NCBI RefSeq assembly: GCF_044704955.1
Contig: NW_027251843.1
Span: 806,001-870,000, forward strand
Direction: 5' to 3'
DNA: 64,000 nt
Origin: Pristiophorus japonicus
Taxonomy: Eukaryota
Shown: in pieces, positions 11,040 to 24,785 of the stretch
How positions within the stretch are numbered: the first letter of the stretch is position 1
How the letters are laid out: every line of letters starts with the position of its first letter
Program-made: the position numbers and the translations under genes
The notes under the pieces: generated by a model
The model's input: the letters and a program-made list of their open reading frames with translations, nothing else
Told to the model about the DNA's origin: nothing
Database searches by the model: none

Positions 11040-14000
11040 CAGGCCATTTTCTGCTTTTTTATAGTTTTCATTTTATTTCTGCTCAGTTAGTTCTCAGTCT
11101 ATTAAATAGAGGCATGGCAGGGCAGTTCTGTCCCGTGGAGTGCACATCCTGTGCCATGTGGGAAGTCCTGGACACTTCTCGTGGCCTGGACGACCACATG
11201 TGCAGGAAGTGTCACCAGCGACAGCAACTCGAGCTCCGTGTGTCGGAGATTGAGCGGCGGCTGGAGTCACTGCGGTGCATCCGCGAGGCTGAGAACTTCG
11301 TGGATAGCACGTTTCTAGAGGTGGTCACCACGCAGCTTAAGAGTGTGCAGGCATGAGAGGGAATGGGTGACCACCAGACAGAAGAGGAGGTCCAGGCAGG
11401 TAGTGCAGGAGTCCCCTGAGTCCATCTCGCTCTCCAACCAGTATTGTGTTCTGAGTACTGGTGGGGGCGATGGTTCCTCTAGGAAGTGCAGCCAGAGCCA
11501 AGTCCACGGCACCACGGGTGGCTCAGCTGCACAGGGGGGAGGAAGAAGAGTGGAAGAGCAATAGTGCTAGGGGATTCGATAGTTAGGGGAACAGACAGGC
11601 ATTTCTGCGGCCGCAGACGTGACCCCAGGATGGTATGTTGCCTGCCTGGTGCCAGGGTCAAGGATGTCACTGAGTGGCTGCAGTACATTCTGAGGGGGGA
11701 GGGTGAACAGCCAGAGGTTGTGGTCCATATCGGTACCAATGACATAGGTAGAAAGAGGGATGAGGCAGGCAGAGTTTGGGGAGTTAGGAGCGAGATTAAA
11801 AAGCAAGACCTCAAAGCTAGTAATCTCCGGATTACTCCCGGTGTCACGAGCTAGTGAGTACAGAAATAGGAGGATAGAGCAGATGAATGCGTGGCTGGAA
11901 ATATGGTGCAGGAGGCAGGGCTTTAGTTTCCTGAGGCACTGGGACCGTTTCTGGGGGAGGTGGGACTGTACAATCCGGACGGGTTGCACCTCAACAGAGC
12001 TGGGACCAATATCCTCACGGCGGGGTTTGCTAGTGTGGTTGGGGAGGGTTTAAACAAAGCTGGAATTAGAAAGCAGAAAAGTAGAAAGTGAATTTGGGAG
12101 ACAGAGGAAACAAAGCCAAGAAAATCGACAACAAGGCAGTTTGGCGGTGCTAAATGGTATATACTTCAATGCAAGGAGGATAGGGAATAAGGCAGATAAG
12201 CTGAGAGCACAGATAGACATTTGGGAGTACGATATTATAGCTATTACTGAGACATGGCTGACAGAAGGGCAGGTATGGCAGCTCAACATTCCTGGTTACA
12301 GGGTTTTCAGACGGGATATAGAGGGGGATAAAAAAGTAGGGGGTCGCAGTTCTGAAACAACTGCAAGAAACAATTACAGCTGTGAGGAGGGATGATATGT
12401 CGGAAGGATCATCAAATGAGGCCATATAGGTCGAATTGAAGAATGAAAAAGGGGTAATCACACTGCTGGGAGTGTACTATAGACCCCCAAACAGTCAGAG
12501 GGAGAGAGAAGAGCAAATATATAGGGACATTTATGACAAGTGCAAAAACTATAGGGCAGTAATAGTTGGGGATTTCAACTACCCTAATATTAACTGGGAT
12601 AAAATTAGTGTGAAAGGTATAGAGGGTGTGGTATTCTTAAAATGCCTTCAGCAGAACTTATTTAGCCGGTGTGTAACAAGCCCAACAAGGGAGGGGACGG
12701 TTCTGGACTTGGTTTTGGCGAATGAAGAGGGGCAGGTGAAAAGGGTATCAGTGGGAGAGCATTTTTGTGCCAGTGATCATAATTCAGTTAGATTTAGGGT
12801 AGTTATGGAAAAGGACAAAGATAGACCAGGAATAAATGTTCTCAATTGGAGAAAAGCCAATTTTGCTGAGCTGAGCTGAGATTTGGCCAAAGCGGACTGG
12901 AAACGGCTACTTGAAGGTAAATCAGTGTCAGAGCAGTGGGAGGCATTCAAGGAGGAGATCCTGTGGTTTCAGAGTAAGTCTGTTCCCTTAAAGAAAAAGG
13001 GTGGGGCTAACAAATCTAGATGTCCTGGATATCAAGGGAAATACAGTGTAGGATAAAGTAAAAAAGGGAGGCTTATGACAGATACCGAGGGCTCAATACT
13101 GCAGGAACTTTAGAGGGGTATAGAAAGTGCAGGGGTGCAATTAAAAAGGAAATTAGGAAAGCAAAGAGAGAGCATGAAAACACCTTGGCAAGTAAAATCA
13201 AGGAAAACCCAAAGATGTTTTATAAATACATAAAGAGCAAGAGGATAATTACAGAAAGAGTAGGGCCTATTAGAGACCATAAAGATAATCTGTGTGTGGA
13301 GACGTAAAATGTGGGTATGGTTCTTAATGAACACTTTGCATCTGTTTTCACAAAAGAAAGGGGCGATGCAGACATTGTAATCAGGGAGGAGGAGTGTGAA
13401 ATATTAGATGAAATAAAGATAGTGAGAGAGGAAGTATTAAGGGGTTTCGGAGATTTGAAAGTGGATAAATCCCCAGGCCTGGATGAAATTTATCCCAGGC
13501 TGTGAAGAGAAGCAAAAAGGAAATAGCAGAGGCTCTGACCATCATTTTCCAATTCTTGGGATACAGGTGTGGTGCCAGAGGACTGGAGGACAGCTAATGT
13601 TGCACCTTTTTTTAAAAAGGGAGAAAGGGATAGACCGATTAATTACAAAGAAAAATAGAAATATAGAAAATAGGTGCTGGAACAGGCCATTCGGCCCTTC
13701 GAGCCTGCACCGCCATTCAATAAGATCATGACGAATCATTCCCTCAGTACACCTTTCCTGCTTTCTCTCCATACCCCTTGATCCCTTTAGCCATAAGGGC
13801 CATATCTAACTCCCTCTTAAATATATCCATGAACTGACATCAACAACTCTCTGCGGCAGGGAATTCTACAGGTTAACAACTCTGAGTGAAGAAGTTTCTC
13901 CTCATCTCCATGCAAAATGGCTTACCTCTTATCCTCAGACTATGTCCCCTGCTTCTGGACTTCCCAACATCGGGAACATTCTTTCCGCATCTAACTTGTC

Positions 14001-15815
14001 CAGTCCCGTCAGAATCTTATATGTTTCTATGAGATCTCCTCTCATCCTTCTAAATTCCAGTTGATCCAGTCTCTCCTCATATGTCAGTCCAGCCATCCTG
14101 AGAATCAGTCTGGTGAACCTTCGCTGCACTCCCTCAATAGCAAGGACGTCCTTCCTCAGATTAGGAGACCAAAACTAAACACAATATTCCAGGTGAGGCC
14201 TATGCAACTGCAGTAAGACCTCCCTGCTCCTATACTCAAATCCCCTAGCTATGAAGGCCAACATACCAATGGCCTTCTTCACTGCCTGCTGTACCTACAT
14301 GCCAACTTTCAATGACTGATGAACCATGACAGCCAAGTCTCGTTGCAACTCCCCTTTTCCTCATCTGTCACCATTGAGATAATATTCTACCTTCGTGTTT
14401 TTGCCCCCAAATTGGATAACCTCACATTTATACACATTATGCTGCATCTGCCATGCATTTGCCCACTCACCTAACCTGTTCAAGTCACCCTGCTGCCTCT
14501 TAGTGTCCTCCTCACAGCTCACACCGCTACCCAGTTTAGTATCATCTACAAACTTGGAGATATTACATTCAATTCCTTCATCTAAATCATTAATGTATAT
14601 TGTAAAGAGCTGGGGTCCCAGCACTGAGCCCTGCGGCACTCCACTAGTCACTGCCTGCCATTCTGAAAAGGACCCAGTTATCCCAACTCTATGCTTCCTG
14701 TCTGCCAACCAGTTCTCGATCCACGTCAGTACATTACCGCCAATACCATGTGCTTTGATTTTGCACAACAATCTCTTGTGTGGGACCTTGTCAAAAGCCT
14801 TTTGAAAGTCCAAATACACCACATCCACTGGTTCTCCCTTGTCCACTCTAATAGTTACATCCTAAAAAAATTCCAGAAGATTTGTCAAGCATGATTTCCC
14901 CTTCATAAATCCATGCTGACTTGGACCGATCCTGTCACTGCTTTCCAAATGCGCAGCTATTTCATCCTTAATAAATTATTCCAACATTTTCCCCAATACT
15001 GATGTCAGTCTAACTGGTCTATAATTACCCGTTTTCAGCTCTCCCTCCCTTTTTAAAAAGTGGTGTTACATTAACTACGTACATTGCAGGCCAGTCAGCC
15101 TAACCCGGGTGGTGGGAAAATTATTGGAAAAAGTCCTGAGAGACAGAATAAATCTTCATTTAGATAGACGGGTTAATCAAGGACAATCAGCATGAATTTG
15201 TTGAGGGAAGATCATGTCTGGCTAACTTAATTGAATTAATCGAGGAAGAAATAAGGAGGGTTGATGAGGTTAGCGTGTTTGATGTACTGTATATGGATTT
15301 TAGCAAGACATTTGTTAAGGTCTCACATGGCAGACTGGTCACGAAAGTAAACGTCCATGGGATCCAGGGCAAAGTGGTAAGTTGGATCCAAAATTGGCTC
15401 AGAGGCAGGAAGCAAAGGGTAATGGTTGATGGGTATTTTTGTGACTGGAAGGCTGTTTCCAGTGGGGTTCCGCAGGGCTCAGTACTAGGCCCTTTGCTTT
15501 TTGTGGTATATATCAATGATTTAGACTTGAATGTAGGGGGTATGATGAAGAAGTTTGCAGACGATTCTAAAATCGGCTGTGTTGTTGATAATGAAGAAGA
15601 AAGCTGGAGACTGCTAGAAGATAACAATGAAATTGTCAGGTGGGCAGAACAGTGGCAAATGGGATTTAATCCAGAGAAGACTGAGGTAATGCTTTTGGAT
15701 AAGGATAACAAGGATAACATGTTAAATTGTCGGACACTGAGGATTTTTGAGGAACAAAGGGACCTGGGTATACAGGTCCACAGATCCCTGAAGGTAGCAG
15801 GCCAGGTAGATGGGT
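11040..15815 (+). mobile_element. Long decayed CR1 LINE (ORF1 with Cys-rich N-terminus and SGNH esterase, APE endonuclease, RT), interrupted by a nested antisense CR1
   Basis: CTSCAMW...CRKC, IVLGDSIVR and VVVHIGTND (ORF1); YFNARRI, IAITETWL, VGDFNYP, SDHNSV (endonuclease); RT resumes at 15275-15823. Many frameshifts. Confidence 0.9.
13650..15080 (-). mobile_element. 5'-truncated CR1 LINE nested in another CR1
   Basis: ORF 14361-14846 with RT motifs; 3' tail near 13655. Confidence 0.9.
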
Positions 15816-16121
15816 TTTTATGACAATCCTGCAGTTTCGTGGTCACCATTACTAACACTAGCTTTTTATTCCAGATTTATTTAATTCACTGAATTAAATT
15901 CCACAGCTGCCGTGGTGGGATTTGAACTCGTGTCTCTGGATCATTAGTCCAGGCCATAGTAGTCCAGATCTCTTTCAAAGAGCCAGCATGGGTTTGATGG
16001 GCTGAATGGCCTCCCTCTGTGCTGTGAGATGCTGTAATTAAGAAGCAGGGCTCCAGCTAGCGTAGGCAATGTGGGTTCAAGGGTTGAAAGCAGGGGTTTG
16101 GGTGGAGCCCATATCGATGTA

Positions 16122-16135
16122 CCACAAGGGGGCGC
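16122..16135 (+). promoter_or_regulatory. Candidate CTCF-binding motif in the J-C intron
   Basis: CCACAAGGGGGCGC against the CCASYAGRKGGCRS consensus (one mismatch), in non-LINE sequence. Confidence 0.55.
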
Positions 16136-16244
16136 TACAGCATCGATTGATCCAATTATTGGCAACGGAGAAACCAGGGATGGGAATAGTTTCAATAAAA
16201 TGTATGCTGTGACTTTTAAAGTGGTCAACACCACCAGCACGATT

Positions 16245-16795
16245 ATAGAATCACAAAAAATTACAGCACGGAAGGAGGCCATTTCGGCCCATCGTGTCCG
16301 CGCCGGCCAACAAAGAGCTACCCAGCCTAATCCCACTTTCCTGCCCTGGGTCCATAGCCCTGTGGGTTATAGCACTTCAAGTGCACATACAAGTACTTTT
16401 TAAATGTGGTGAGAAAACACCCCCAGCAGATCCAATCTTTCCTCATAGCTAAAATTCTCCAGTCCCGGCAACATCCTCGTGAATCTCCTCTGTACCCTCT
16501 CTGATGTAATCACATCTTTCCTGTAATGTGGTGACCAGAACTGCACGCAGTACTCTAGCTGTGGCCTAACTAGTGTTTTATACAGTTGAAGCATAACCTC
16601 CCTGCTCTTGTATTCTATGCGTCGGCTAATAAAGGCAAGTATTGAGAATGCCTTTTTAACCACCTTATCGACCTGGCCTGCTACCTTCAGGGATCTGTGG
16701 ACATGCACTCCAAGGTCCCTCCATTCCTCCACCCCTCTCAGTACCCTCCCATTTATTGTGTATTCCCTTGCCTTGTTGCCCCTCCCCAAATGCAT
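16245..16795 (-). mobile_element. CR1 LINE 3' fragment
   Basis: [23 protein letters not shown] peptide. Confidence 0.85.
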
Positions 16796-17089
16796 TAGAA
16801 CAAGGCTGCAGTTAGAGCAGCCTTTCCACCCGCTGACAGCGCTCACTGAGTCTGACTCATGGCATCGATCAGCTGGACATTGATCTGGAAACACCAGCCC
16901 CCTGGTGAGGGAATCAAGGCTCTCATGCGACTGATAAAAGTCAAGATGAAGTTGCAGAGAGGTTCACAGCTGCTGTTGGACACAATGAACAGGAGGAGGC
17001 CATTCAGCCCCTCGAGCCAGTTCCCCATTCAATCAGATCACGGCTCATCTGTATCTGAACTCCATCTACCCACCTTGGTTCAGCAAGTT

Positions 17090-17495
17090 CCAAGGCCTAT
17101 ACTGTCTCGAGTTTAGAAGAATGAGAGGGGATCTTATTGAAACATATAAGCTTCTGACAGGGCTTGACAGTGTAGATGCAGGGAGCATGTTTCCTCTGGC
17201 TGGGGAGTCTATAACCAGGGGTCACAGTCTCAGAATAAAGGTCGGCTATTTAGGTCTGAGATGAGGAGAAACCTCTTCACTCAGAGGGTGTTGAATCTGT
17301 GTAATTCTCTGCCCCAGAGGGCTGTGGAGGCTCGGTCTTTGAGTATATTCAAGACAGAGATCGATAGATTTTTGGATACAAAGAGAATCAAGGGATATGG
17401 GGACAGTGCAGGAAAGTTGAGTTGCGGTAGATGATCAGCCATGACCTCATTGAATGTCGGAGCAGGCTCTCGGGACCGAATGGTCTACTCCAGTT
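17090..17495 (+). mobile_element. CR1 LINE 3' fragment
   Basis: AGAAGAATGAGAGGGGATCTTATTGAAAC through the CR1 3' UTR, similar to the other copies in the window. Confidence 0.8.
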
Positions 17496-17699
17496 CGGGA
17501 GGGGCAGAGGGGATGGGAGGGGGAGGGGCATGTGAGGTAGGGAGGTCGGGAGGGTGTGAGCGGTGAGTTGGGATGGGGGGAGGGAGGGTGAGGGATGTGG
17601 TGTGAGGAGGGCGGGAGTGAGGGAGGAAGGCAGGGAATCAGCTGGAGGTGGGGGGGTGAGAATGGCTCGGTGAGGGGAGGCGGGAGGGGAGGATAGAGT

Positions 17700-18128
17700 C
17701 CGACATCGGCTTCCGGTTCAGCAATGCCTCTTTTCAAAAAATTCTCATCCTTGTTTTCAAATCCTTCCAAGACCTCGCCCCTCCCTATCACTGTAATCTC
17801 CTCCAGCCCCACAATTCCCCCCGAGATGTCTGCGCTCCTCCAATTCTACCCTCCTGAGCATCCCTGATTATAATCGCTCAACCATTGGTGGCTGTGCCTT
17901 CTGTTGCCGAGACCCCAAGCTCTGGAACTCTCTCCCTAAACCTCTCCGCCTCTCTACCTCACTTTCCACCTTCAAGACGATCCTTAAAATATACCTTTTT
18001 GGTCACCTACACTAATTTCTTCTTACGTGACTCGGTGTCAAATTTTGTATCTCATAATACTCCTGGGAAGTGCCTTGGGACGTTTCACTACGTTAAAGGC
18101 GCTATATAAATACAAGTTGTTGTTGTTG
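17700..18128 (+). mobile_element. L2-like LINE 3' end with (TTG)n tail
   Basis: Homologous to 62050-62450; ends GGCGCTATATAAATACAAGTTGTTGTTG. Confidence 0.7.
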
Positions 18129-18199
18129 AATTGAGGCAAAATCTGGTATTCTGGATGTCGCCGTTCCTTTTAACGCTCTCTCCAAAGCGCGCACAGCAA

Positions 18200-20855
18200 A
18201 TGTAACGCCCCTATTTAAAAAATGAGACAGACAGAAAGCAGGAAACTATAGACCAGTTAGCCTAACATCTGTCGTTGGGAAAATGCTGGAGTCCATTATT
18301 AAGGAAGCAATAGCAGGACATTTGGAAAAGCATAGTTCAATCAAGCAGAGTCAGCATGGTTTTATGAAAGGGAAATCATGTTTGACAAATTTGCTGGAAT
18401 TCTTTGAGGATGTAACAAGCAGGGTGGATAAAGGAGAACCAGTGGATGTGGTGTATTTGGATTTCCAGAAGGCATTCGATAAGGTGCCACATAAAAGGCA
18501 CAAGATAAAAGTTCACGGGGTTGGGGGTAATATATTAGCATGGGTAGAGAATTGGCTAACTAACAAAAAACAGAGAGTCAGGATAAATGGTTCACTTTCC
18601 CGTTGGCAAACGGTAACTAATGGGGTGCCGCAGGGATCGGTGCTGGGGCCTCAATTATTTACAATCTACATTAATGACTTAGATGAAGGGACCAAGTGTA
18701 ATGTCGCCAAATTTGCTGATGATACAAAGAAGGACATTGAGCTATCCAACAAAGACTATTATACATTCGACCAAACAAATTAAAAAGTAAGGGAGGAAAT
18801 TGAGGAAATGATGGCCCCTCCAAAATGGGATTTGGGATTCAATATTCAGATTCTCTCCTGGGTTCTAATCGTGTCTCATGCACTAGCCATTGTATAGTTG
18901 GTTATAGTGGTGTAACTATTTATCTTATTCTGTAAGTTAAAACAGAATACAAAGGAAGAGAATGTTGAAGGGTTGTTTAGATGAACCAAAGCCAAAGTGT
19001 TTGTATATAAAACTGAAGTCAGATCAAGCCCGAACATTTTTGTTGTAAAAGTGTTGGTTTGTCAGGAAGAAATAATGTTTTTTGATGTAAGACAGGAATG
19101 TAATCTGAAGTTTTTGACTGAGACTGCAATACACCCAAATAGAGTTCATGGAAAAAGAACTCCACAAGTAATGTCTCTAGTTTTATATTTGCGAAACATT
19201 AAAGGAGGGAGTGTAAGGTTACTAATCTTCAGAAAAGTACAGAAGGAGACCATGAACTAAAGGTTAATACAAGCTTTTGGAATGAAGCTGGACAATTAAG
19301 GGCATTCTTGGTCAGGGACCAAAACTGACTCCATGCATAACAAGAATGGAGTTGTTACATGAGGCCCTGAACTTGATAGACCAGGGTGGGGAAAACAAGC
19401 TCACTGGAGACACCAAGTCTGTAAAAAGACCAGACAACAAAGGAACCACACCAGGTGCACATCTTTTGGGATGAGGTGTTAAGATGAGAAATCAACTTGA
19501 GCCTTGCAGATTCAGTGTGCAAATGGGAAAGCAGATGAGTCCATTATTGCAGTCAATCAACCAAGGGGACCACAAAACAATGTATCGATGCAAACACTTT
19601 ATCAGAAACCGCAGTGGTGGGAGATCAGTCATAAACTGGATATAAATATGCGAGCTAGAAGCAGCTCTGCAGAATACAGAAGGAGGACAGGAACAGACGG
19701 AAGAAGAAGTACACAGAAGTAATAGAAGGACATGTGTACAGATGGACACAGGTCAAAAGAACAAATAGACGAATGGATGGAAGGACCTGTAGTACGGAAC
19801 ATACATGGAGCGAACAGCACTGCAGAGAATTGCCAAAAGAAGAACCAACCGGTCACAGAACCAACGACCACAAACCTACAATAGATACAGCTAGGAAGGG
19901 CGATTGTATGTCTTCAGTCGATTTCTAAGAATCAGAGTAGGTTGAAAAATAATCACCCTATAAGACAAAGATGGGTGGGAAAGCAAATTGTGAGGAGGAC
20001 ACAAATAGTCTGCAAAGGGATATAGACAGACTAAGTGAATGGGCACAAATTTGGCAGATGGAGTGTAATGTGGGAAAATGTGAGGTTTTCCACTTTGGCA
20101 GAATGAAGAGGAAAGCAAATTAATTTTCAAATGGAGAAAAATTGCAAAGGGGACCTTGTGCATGAAACACAAAAAGTTAGTATGCGGTTACAGCAATAAT
20201 CAGGAAGGCAAATGAAATGTTGGCCTGAATTGCAAGGGGGATAGAGTATAAAAGCAGAGAAATCCTGCTACATCTATATAGGGTATTGGTGAGGCCACAC
20301 CTGGAGTACTGTGTACAGTTTTGGTCACCATACTTAAGAAAGGATATACTTACATTGGCAGCAGTTCAGAGAATGTTCACTAGATTGATTCTGAAGATGA
20401 GGGGGTTGACTTATGAGGATAGGTTGAGTAGGTTAGGCCTATAATCATTGGAGTTCAGAAGAACAAGAGGTGATTTTATCAAAACATATAAGATAATGAG
20501 GGGGACACAAGGTGGATGCAGCGAGGATATTTACATTCAGAGGAGAAAATAGTACTTGGGGTCATAGTCTCAGAATAATGGGCCATCCATTTAAAACTGA
20601 GTTGAGGAAGAACTTCTTCTCTCAGAGGCTTATAAATCTGTGGAAATCTCTGCCCCAGAGAGCTGTGTAGGCTGGGTCATTGATTATATTTAAGGTGGAG
20701 ATAGACAGATTTTTGAGCGATAAGGGAATAAAGGGTTATGGGGAGCGGGTAGGGAAGTGGAGCTGTGTCCAAGATCAGATCAGCCATGATCTTATTAAAT
20801 GGCGGAGCAGGCTCGAGGGCCCAGGTGGCCTACTCCTGCTCCTATTTCTTATGTT
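18200..20855 (+). mobile_element. CR1 LINE RT and 3' end, interrupted at FADDTK by a 1.2-kb insertion
   Basis: ORF 18283-18783 RT; homology resumes at about 19965 (ACAAAGATGGGTGGGAAAGC). Confidence 0.88.
18731..19964 (+). mobile_element. Unclassified, possibly LTR-derived insertion inside a CR1
   Basis: Flanked by ACAAAGA on both sides; PPT-like AAAAAGTAAGGGAGGAAA followed by TG at about 18801; no recognisable ORF. Confidence 0.5.
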
Positions 20856-21064
20856 ATTAACCCTTAATACCCTTACCCAACAGGGCGCTGATGGTGCCGG
20901 AGAACCAGCCTGAGCCTCAGATCCTGAACTCCTCACTGCAACACTGGACTGAGACACAGAGGGAACAGAGTGTGTGCAGAGTGGAAACTGGCTGGTCCCC
21001 TGGTCCCCGAGCCCACTCACCGACCGCCACCCCCCACCCTGGTCCCCTGAGAACCCTCCCCTCC

Positions 21065-22795
21065 GTGGTACTGTCTTCATGAAGGAAGATACAAATAACC
21101 TTCCGAAGGTACTAGGAGACAGTGGGTCTAGTGAGAAGGAGGAACTGAAAGATATCCTTACTGGTGGGTAATTGTGTTCGGGAAATTGATGGGATTGAAG
21201 GCCGATAAATCCCCGGGGCCTGATAGTCTGCATCCCAGAGTACTCAAGGAAGTGGCCCTAGAAATAGTGGATGCATTGGTGATCATTTTCCAACAGTCTA
21301 CCAACTCTGGATCAGTTCCTATGGACCAGTTCCTATGGACTGGAGGGTAGCTAATGTAACACCACTTTTTTAAAAAGGAGAGAGAGAAAACGGATAATTA
21401 TAGACCAGTTAGCCTGACATCAGTTGTGGGGAAAATGTTGGAATCAATCATGAAGGATGAAATAGCAGCGCATTTGGAAAGCAGTGACAGGATCAGACCA
21501 AGTCAGCACGGATTTATGAAAGGGAAATCATGCTTGACGAATCTTCTGGACTTTTTCGAGGATGTAACTAGCAGAGTGGACAAGGGAGAACCAGTGGATG
21601 TGGTGTATTTGGACTTTCAAAAGTATTTTGACAAGGTCCCACACAAGGGATTGGTGTGCAAAATCAAAGCACATGGTATTGGGGGTAATATACTGATGTG
21701 GATAGGGAACTGGTTGGCAGACAGGAAGCAGGGAGTCAGGATAAACGGGTCCTTTTCAGAATGGCAGGCAGTGACTAGTCGAGTGCCGCAGGGCTCAGTG
21801 CTGGGACCCCAGCTCTTTACAATGTACATTAACGAATTAGATGAAGGAATAGAGTGTAATATCTCCAAGTTTATGGATGACACTAAACTGGGTGGCGGTG
21901 TGAGCTGTGAGGAGGACGCTAAAAGGCAGCAGGGTGACTTGGACAGGTTAGGTGAGTGGGCAAATACATGGCAGATGCAGTATAATGTGTATAAATGTGA
22001 GGTTATCCAATTTGGAGGCAAAAACATGAAGTCAGAATATTATCTGAATGGCAGCAAACTAGGAAAAGGTGAGTTGCAATGAGACCTGGGTGTCATGGTT
22101 CATCAGTCACTGAAAGTGGGCATGCGGGTACAGCAGGCGGTAAAGAAGGCAAGTGGTATGTTGGCCTTCATAGCTAGGGGATTTGAATATAGAAGCAGAG
22201 AGGTCTTAATGCAGCTCTACAGGGTCTTAGTGAGACCTCATCTGGAATATTGTGATCAGTCTTGGTCTCCTAAACTGAGGAAGGATGTTTTTGCTATTGA
22301 CAGAGTGCAGCGAAGGTTCACCAGACTGATTCCAGGGATGGCTGGGCTGTCATATGAGGAGAGACTGGATCAACTGGGCTTTTATTCACTGGAGTTGAGA
22401 AGGATGAGAGGGAATCTCACAAAAACATGTAAAATTCTGACAGGACTGGACAGTATAGATGCAGGAAGAATGTTCCTGATGTTGGGGAAGTCCAGAACCA
22501 GGGGACACAGTCTTAGGATAAGGGGTAGGCCATTTAGGACTGCGATGAGGAGAAACTTCTTCACTCAGAGAGTTGTTAACCTGTGGAATTCCCTACCGCA
22601 GAGATTTGTTGATGCCAGTTCATTAGATATATTCAAGAGAGAGTTGGATATGGCCCTTACGGCTAAGGGGATCAAGGGGTATGGAGAGAAAGCAGGAAAG
22701 GGGTACTGAGGGAATGATCAGCCATGATCTTATTGAATGGCGGAGCAGGCTCGAGGGGCCGAATGGCCTCCTCCTGCTCCTAATGTTCTTATGGA
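21065..22795 (+). mobile_element. 5'-truncated CR1 LINE
   Basis: ORFs 21426-22082 and 22095-22709 (RT and C-terminus), followed by 3' UTR. Confidence 0.92.
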
Positions 22796-23054
22796 ACATT
22801 AGTCCGTGTTCTGGGGATTTTCTGCTGGGTCCAGGTTTAATCAGCAGGGGAATTGTGCGAGTCCCAGTTAATAAAAAGAAAAGCCAAATTAAAGAAAGAC
22901 CTGCAATTATATTGCACCTTTCACACCTGAGGAGGTCCCAAAGTGCTTCACAGCCAATGAAGTACATTTTTAAGTGTAGTCACTGTTGTAATGTGGGAAA
23001 CACGGCAACCAATTTGTGAACAGCAAGCTCTCACACACAGCAATGAGTTGAATG

Positions 23055-24785
23055 ACCTCTTCATGGAAGAGGACACAAATAACGTCCAAGAAATGCTCGG
23101 GAACCTAAGGTCTAGTGAGCAAGAGGAATTAAAGGAAACGATTGTTCATAACAAAATAGAGCTGGAGAAACTAATGGGACTGAAGGCCGATAAATCCCCA
23201 GGGCCTGATGATCTGCATCCCAGACTACTAAAAAAGAGGTAGCCATGGAAATAGTAGATGCATTGGTTGTCATCTTTCAAAATTCTATAGATTATGGAAC
23301 AGTTCCTGCAGATTGTAGGGTGGCAAATGTAATACCTCTATTTAAAAAAAGGAGGGAGAGAGAAAACGGGGAATTACAGACCGGTTATCCTGACATCAGT
23401 AGTAGGGAAGATGCTAGAGTCTATTATAAAGGATGTGATAACGGCACACTTAGATAATATCAACGGGATTAAACAAAGTCAACATGGATTTATGAAAGGA
23501 AATTCACGTTTGACAAATCTACTGGAGTTTATGGAGGATGCAACTGACAGAATAGATAAGGGATAACCAGTGGATGTAATGTATTTGGATTTTCAGAAGG
23601 CCTTCGATAAAAATCCCACATAAGAGGTTAGTGTGCAAAATTAAAGCACATAGGATTGTGGGTAATGTATTGGCATGGATTGAAAATTGGTTAACTGACA
23701 GGAAACAGTTGGAATAAATGGGTGTGTTTCAGGGTGGGGGGCAGTGACGAGTGGGGTACCACAGGGATCAGTGCTTGGGCCCCAGCTATTACAATATATA
23801 TATATATATAATATATATAAATGATTTGGATGAGGGAAGCAAATGTTATATTTCCAAGTCTGCTGACGACACAAAATTAGGTGGGATTGTGAGTTGTGTG
23901 GAGGATGCAAAGACACTGCAAGGCGATTTAGATAGGTTGAGTGAGTGAGCAAACACATGGCAGATGTAACATATTGTGGATAAATGTGAAGTTACTCACT
24001 TTGGTAGGAAAAACATAAGGACAAAGTATTATTTAAATGGTGATAGCTTGGGAAGTGTCGATGGACAGAGGGACCTCGGCGTCCTTGTACACCAGTCATT
24101 GAAAACAAACATACAGGTGCAGCAAGCAGTTAAGAAGGCAAATAGTATGTTGGCCTTCATTGCAAGAGGATTTGAGTACAGGAGCAAGGATGTCTTACTA
24201 CAGGGCCTTGGTGAGACCGCACCTGGAGTATTGTGTGCAGTTTTGGTCTCCTTACCTAAGAAAGGATATAGTTGTCATAGACGGAGTGCAGCGAAGGTTC
24301 ACCAGACTGATTCCTGAGATGGGCAGGACTGTCGTATGAGGAGAGATTGGGTTGATTAGGTCTGTATACACTAGAGTTTAGAAGAGTGAGAGATGATCTC
24401 ATTGAAACATATAAAATTCTGACTGGTTTGGACAGACTGGATGTGGGGAGGATGTTTTCCCGGGCTGGGAAGTCTAGAACAAGGAGTCACAGTCTCAGGA
24501 TACGAGGTCGGAAATTTACAAATGAGATGAGGAGAAATGTTTTCACTCAGAGGATGGTGAACCTGTGGAATTCTCTACCACAGAAGGCTGTGGAGGCCAA
24601 GTCACTGAATATATTTAAGAGGCAGATAGATGGATTTCTAGAAACAAAAGGCATCAAGGGGTATGGGGAAAAAGCGGGAATATGGTGTTGAGATAGAGGA
24701 ACAGCCATGATCATAATGAATGGCGGTGCAGACTCGAAGGGCCGAATGGCCTACTACTGCTCCTATTTTCTATGTTTCTATGTTT
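23055..24785 (+). mobile_element. 5'-truncated decayed CR1 LINE
   Basis: KSPGPDDLHPRLLK, RT fragments, TTTCTATG-type tail near 24770. Confidence 0.9.
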
